A stretch of DNA of 63,746 nt, filler included. It is 9 parts of 9 records of this genome, joined end to end, with 100 filler letters (N's around TTAATTAATTAA, not from the genome) between each part and the next. Parts side by side here need not be neighbours in the genome. Positions count along the whole stretch, not along the records: positions 58,008 to 63,746 come from SRR31156797_15638; 8 more parts are not named here. One strand, 5' to 3'. The notes under the pieces were generated by a model. It saw only the letters and a program-made list of their open reading frames with translations. It was not told the DNA's origin and did no database searches. Each line of letters begins with the position of its first letter. Position 1 is the first letter of the stretch. The position numbers and the translations under genes were made by a program. This document shows, in pieces, positions 60,272-63,746 of the stretch.

Positions 60272-63200
60272 CTACTTTCGAACCATCGTCATCACCACAG
60301 GCTCGAGGATCTCCTGCGTCGTTCGCCCCTCGGCGGCTTTCAGTTCGACGAGTTGCTGCGCCGGTTGGTAGCCTGCGTATTGGGCGTGCAGTGTATAGAG
60401 CCCGGGCGGGCCGACAAACGATTTTCCATCATCGGCGTCCGCGTACGGCTCGATGATCTGCCCGCCGCGTTCGAGCCAGACGTCCGGCGTCGCCAGGGGC
60501 GACCCGTCCGGGGTCACCACCAGCACAACCAGGTAGCCGCGATCACCTTCCGCTTCCGCCCGGGCGCGAACCGTTCCATGCTCTCCCGACTCCAGGTGGA
60601 CCCGTGCCAGCGCCGCCGCGTTGTTTCTCGGAGCCGCTGGATGGGTGAAGCGGTAGTCGCCGGCCGGCAAGTGCGCCAATTCAAAGGCACCGTCGGCGCC
60701 AGGGGTCACCAGTGCTTCCAGGCGTCCGTCCTCGCTTTGCAGCAACAAAGGCAAGGGACGCCCGCCCTCAGCCGACACCACAACCCCGGAGATGCGCCCC
60801 GTCCCAGAGGGAATCGTCACAGCCATGACGCTGTGTCGCTGCCCGGGTACAAGCTCCAGAGGCTGGCACACAGTAGGATGATCTTTCCGACTGACCAGCA
60901 CCTCGTAGTGTCCCGCGCCAAGCCCTGAAAAGACAAACGGGTCGGAGTCGTCGCGGCGGATTTGGAGTCGTCCGACCCGTCGACCTGCAGAGCTTGACCT
61001 GCGGCGTTCCCGGATGATCACGTTCCGTGGATCGACCCCAGCCGCATCCTCCGGGGCAATCAGTTCGACCGTCACGTCGGCCGTCACGGCCTCCAGATCC
61101 CCCAGGTCCCGGTCGACGCCTCGTTCGAAGTCGACCGTATCGAGCTTAATCCACTTTTCCCAACTGCGCCCTCCCGGAACCGCCCAGTAGAGATGCCGTC
61201 GGCCCGTGGGCAATCCGTAGAAGCGAAACTGTCCGTCCGCATCGCTGAGCGCGTACGCCTTGAACCCTTGAGCATCGTCCGCCTGGTATGTCACCAGAAG
61301 CGGCGTATTCGGCACCGGCCGGCCATCCCGAACCAGACGCCCAGTGACTTGCGATGTCCCTCCCAGATCCAGACGCATGGTTTGACCGGCGCGCGGCACG
61401 ATGGCACTGAGAACAACACCGAGTTGGCGGTCGGGATCCTCACGGAAGGCATAGCAGCGTTCTTCGGGAAGATGGTCGATGCGATAGTATCCCGTGCTGT
61501 CGGTGGTGACCCTTCCGAGACGAGCGCGATGGCGCTGCCAGAGCGGGAACTGATTCTCATCCATAAAGTAAACGGCTGTCTCCGGCAGCGGCTTGCCCTG
61601 GTGGTCATAGACATGCCCCTCGACCGCACCGCCCTGCTGGAGGACAACGTGGGTCTCGGTCACCCCTTTGTCGGCGATCTCAACGTATCTCATACTCCGG
61701 GCGTAATCGGGATGGCGAAAGACGAACCAGTGACAGATGTCCCTGGCGGGAACGTCCGTGACCACAAAGCGACCTTCGGCATCGGTCATGGCGATTTCCT
61801 GACCTTCGGGAACCTCATCGGCGCGCGATTTACAGCGATAGCTGATCGTCGCCCCCTCAACGGGCAATCCGGTCTCATCGACAACTGCACCGGAAAGCAC
61901 CAGCGGCGCCGCCAACGCGATGACGGTCAGTTCCTCGGCGCCGGGGGCCAGTTGTACTGTCTTGTCGCCATAGCCTGCGGCCTTGATGGTGACGCTCGCG
62001 CCGCCGGCGTGACGCGCATCGATCTCGAACCGACCGTTGGGATCACTGACGCGCCGCCACTGGCCTTCGCTGGCGACCCCAAGCTGGAACTCCGTGATCG
62101 GCGCGCGCGTCGTCTGGTCCACCACCTGGCCACGGAGCCGAACCTGCTCGGCAAGGGCAACCTCCAGCACAATGCCGTCGCCCGGCGCTTTGACATTCTC
62201 GAACACCTCCTCGAACACCTTCCGCTGACCCGCGACCTTGACGTGGATGTCGTACAACCCGGGGGCCAGATCGGCCAGGACGAAGTCTCGCGCACCGGGC
62301 GCCAGACGCATGCCACCGAAATGGCCGGCATCATTGAGCGCCAGGACCCAGAACTGTTCTTCATAGTCCCCCCCCGTAAAGCGGACCGTCCCGGAGATGC
62401 TCACCCGGCCATGGGGCGAGGGCTTCGGGATGCGCAGATCGAACACGTCGGCCTGGGGAGGCAGGCTGGCATCGACGGTGCAGATGCCACGCGACGGGCC
62501 CTCTCCGGGAATCTGGATGCCCAACTGATAGTCACCCGGCAGAATGTGTTCCAGGACAAAAGTCCCGTCCTCAGCGATGGCGTAGTCGCGGGCCGGGTAG
62601 TCGCCGGGCCACCATTTCGGTTTGGCCTCGATCTCCCAGCCACTGGCGGGCAGATCGTCGGAACAAGTGGCCACGCCGACGATATCCATCCCTCTTGGGA
62701 GCGTGAAGGTCACCGTCTCGATCTGATGCCGGTCTTGGAGCAGGGCCTTCTGCCCGGCCAGGGCATAGTCCTGGTGCGCCGCGGTAATCAGGTATTCGGT
62801 CGGCGGCAGCCCCCCAATTACGGCCGTGCCGCCGGCATCCGAGTAGACCGGGGCCTGCGGTCCTCCGCCCGTACCTTCCGCGACATACGCGGCGTCGAAA
62901 CGCACGCCCGCAATCGGCCGGCCCTGCTCGTCGACGACCGCCAGCACGACTTTTGCCCCTGCTTCCAAAGCATAGTCTCGTACCGCGCCGCCGCCGCGAC
63001 GCAGTTCGACCGCCTCGCCCGGCATCCGCCATTTTGTGGGAACGACGTGATCGGGCGCCGCCAGACGAATGCTGTACGCACCATCCTTGCCGACGCTATC
63101 GAAAGCGTACACCCCATTGCTGTCACTCGCTGCGGCGTGGAGCGGGTCTCCGCCACGCGGCCCGACCCCCACGGTCACGCCTTCGATCGGCTGGCCCGTA

Positions 63201-63746
63201 TCGGCGTCCGTAATCGTCCCGCTCAGGACAGGAACCGCTCTGGTGTCCGGGACGAGCAGGCCCTGAGACTCCTGGCCCGCACCGGGGACATTGGGTCCGG
63301 CATCCTCTTCTCGGTTGTTGATCTGTTCGATCGCGCGGCCGAACGGGTTCTGAGCCGGGTCGCCCGGCCACTGAGAGGCCAGCCGCGACAACGCGGGAAG
63401 CGCCCGCGTATCGCCCATCTCGCCCAGATAGACGGCGGCCAATAACTGGCTTTCGAGGCTGACCTCTTCGAGCGCCCGGACCAAACCATCAATGTCCTGC
63501 GCAACGTACAGCGTTTCGATGCGGGCCCGCTCGTCGGCCAGTTGCCTTTCCAGACCTGGTGTTTCGGTCGGCTGGTTCGGTCCGGGACGCGGTCCGGGCT
63601 CTTCAACCACCTGCCGAGAATCGTCGGTGACGCGATTCCAGAGCACAATGACCACGATAGCCACCGCGCCGACCAGCGCCACGGCCGCCGCCACTCTTAG
63701 GAACCGTTGGGCCACTCTTTCCCAAGGGGCGATGCCCGGCCCGGTC
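60272..63746 (-). CDS. Large single-pass membrane protein with a HEAT-like segment and several carboxypeptidase-regulatory-like beta-sandwich repeats (probably 5' truncated)
   Basis: TM helix, LGEMGDTRALPAL, recurring G-V-D--G-P--GA...TD--G-F repeats; frame stays open to the window end. Confidence 0.75.
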   Translation of the reverse strand, partial: TGPGIAPWERVAQRFLRVAAAVALVGAVAIVVIVLWNRVTDDSRQVVEEPGPRPGPNQPTETPGLERQLADERARIETLYVAQDIDGLVRALEEVSLESQLLAAVYLGEMGDTRALPALSRLASQWPGDPAQNPFGRAIEQINNREEDAGPNVPGAGQESQGLLVPDTRAVPVLSGTITDADTGQPIEGVTVGVGPRGGDPLHAAASDSNGVYAFDSVGKDGAYSIRLAAPDHVVPTKWRMPGEAVELRRGGGAVRDYALEAGAKVVLAVVDEQGRPIAGVRFDAAYVAEGTGGGPQAPVYSDAGGTAVIGGLPPTEYLITAAHQDYALAGQKALLQDRHQIETVTFTLPRGMDIVGVATCSDDLPASGWEIEAKPKWWPGDYPARDYAIAEDGTFVLEHILPGDYQLGIQIPGEGPSRGICTVDASLPPQADVFDLRIPKPSPHGRVSISGTVRFTGGDYEEQFWVLALNDAGHFGGMRLAPGARDFVLADLAPGLYDIHVKVAGQRKVFEEVFENVKAPGDGIVLEVALAEQVRLRGQVVDQTTRAPITEFQLGVASEGQWRRVSDPNGRFEIDARHAGGASVTIKAAGYGDKTVQLAPGAEELTVIALAAPLVLSGAVVDETGLPVEGATISYRCKSRADEVPEGQEIAMTDAEGRFVVTDVPARDICHWFVFRHPDYARSMRYVEIADKGVTETHVVLQQGGAVEGHVYDHQGKPLPETAVYFMDENQFPLWQRHRARLGRVTTDSTGYYRIDHLPEERCYAFREDPDRQLGVVLSAIVPRAGQTMRLDLGGTSQVTGRLVRDGRPVPNTPLLVTYQADDAQGFKAYALSDADGQFRFYGLPTGRRHLYWAVPGGRSWEKWIKLDTVDFERGVDRDLGDLEAVTADVTVELIAPEDAAGVDPRNVIIRERRRSSSAGRRVGRLQIRRDDSDPFVFSGLGAGHYEVLVSRKDHPTVCQPLELVPGQRHSVMAVTIPSGTGRISGVVVSAEGGRPLPLLLQSEDGRLEALVTPGADGAFELAHLPAGDYRFTHPAAPRNNAAALARVHLESGEHGTVRARAEAEGDRGYLVVLVVTPDGSPLATPDVWLERGGQIIEPYADADDGKSFVGPPGLYTLHAQYAGYQPAQQLVELKAAEGRTTQEILEPVVMTMVRK

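Noticed and set aside
61193..63445. 750-aa antisense ORF, and many 60-290 aa antisense ORFs in 45300-63746
   Set aside because: Shadow ORFs of GC-rich genes; no motifs, and the opposite strand carries recognisable proteins.
1..63746. CRISPR arrays, tRNA/rRNA genes, integron cassette arrays, reverse transcriptases
   Set aside because: No regularly spaced repeat-spacer series or recognisable signatures seen by eye; a covariance-model scan is needed to exclude small RNAs.

Overview
This window is not one locus. It holds nine unrelated metagenomic contigs joined by identical 100-nt artificial linkers (44 N + TTAATTAATTAA + 44 N), and the content suggests an anoxic, probably marine-sediment community. 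(1) 1-10958, low-GC Firmicutes-like: TetR-controlled catabolic cluster (two GPH/MFS transporters, serine esterase, GH3 glucosidase, sulfatase) with four matching palindromic operators and a decayed duplicate of the TetR gene. (2) 11059-21068, Methanosarcinales: archaeal aroA'-aroB'-aroD-aroE-tyrA operon, an AT-rich sulfotransferase beside an IS5 remnant, tpiA, fae-hps, panE, nth. (3) 21169-26658: Ser/Thr kinase-ATPase-GAF-GGDEF protein. (4) 26759-33856, Arcobacteraceae-like: CZB chemoreceptor, receiver protein, His-less pseudokinase, PAS histidine kinase, ymdB, HhH glycosylase. (5) 33957-39335: stand-alone HsdR, orphan nucleotidyltransferase, GNAT, PC4/YdbC and structured repeats. (6) 39436-45222, Bacteroidota-like: alternative complex III. 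(7) 45323-52664, Desulfobacterales-like: sigma54-driven metF-like/hdrA(HdrL)/mvhD operon, with a UGA-selenocysteine MvhD and a divergent enhancer-binding protein. (8) 52765-57907, deltaproteobacterial-like: aminoacylase, frameshifted GNAT, aminotransferase, radical SAM, DAHP synthase-prephenate dehydratase fusion. (9) 58008-63746, high-GC Planctomycetota-like: addB, M56 peptidase, large anchored protein. No CRISPR array, rRNA or tRNA was seen. Taxonomic and family calls come from motif recognition by eye; no database searches were run.
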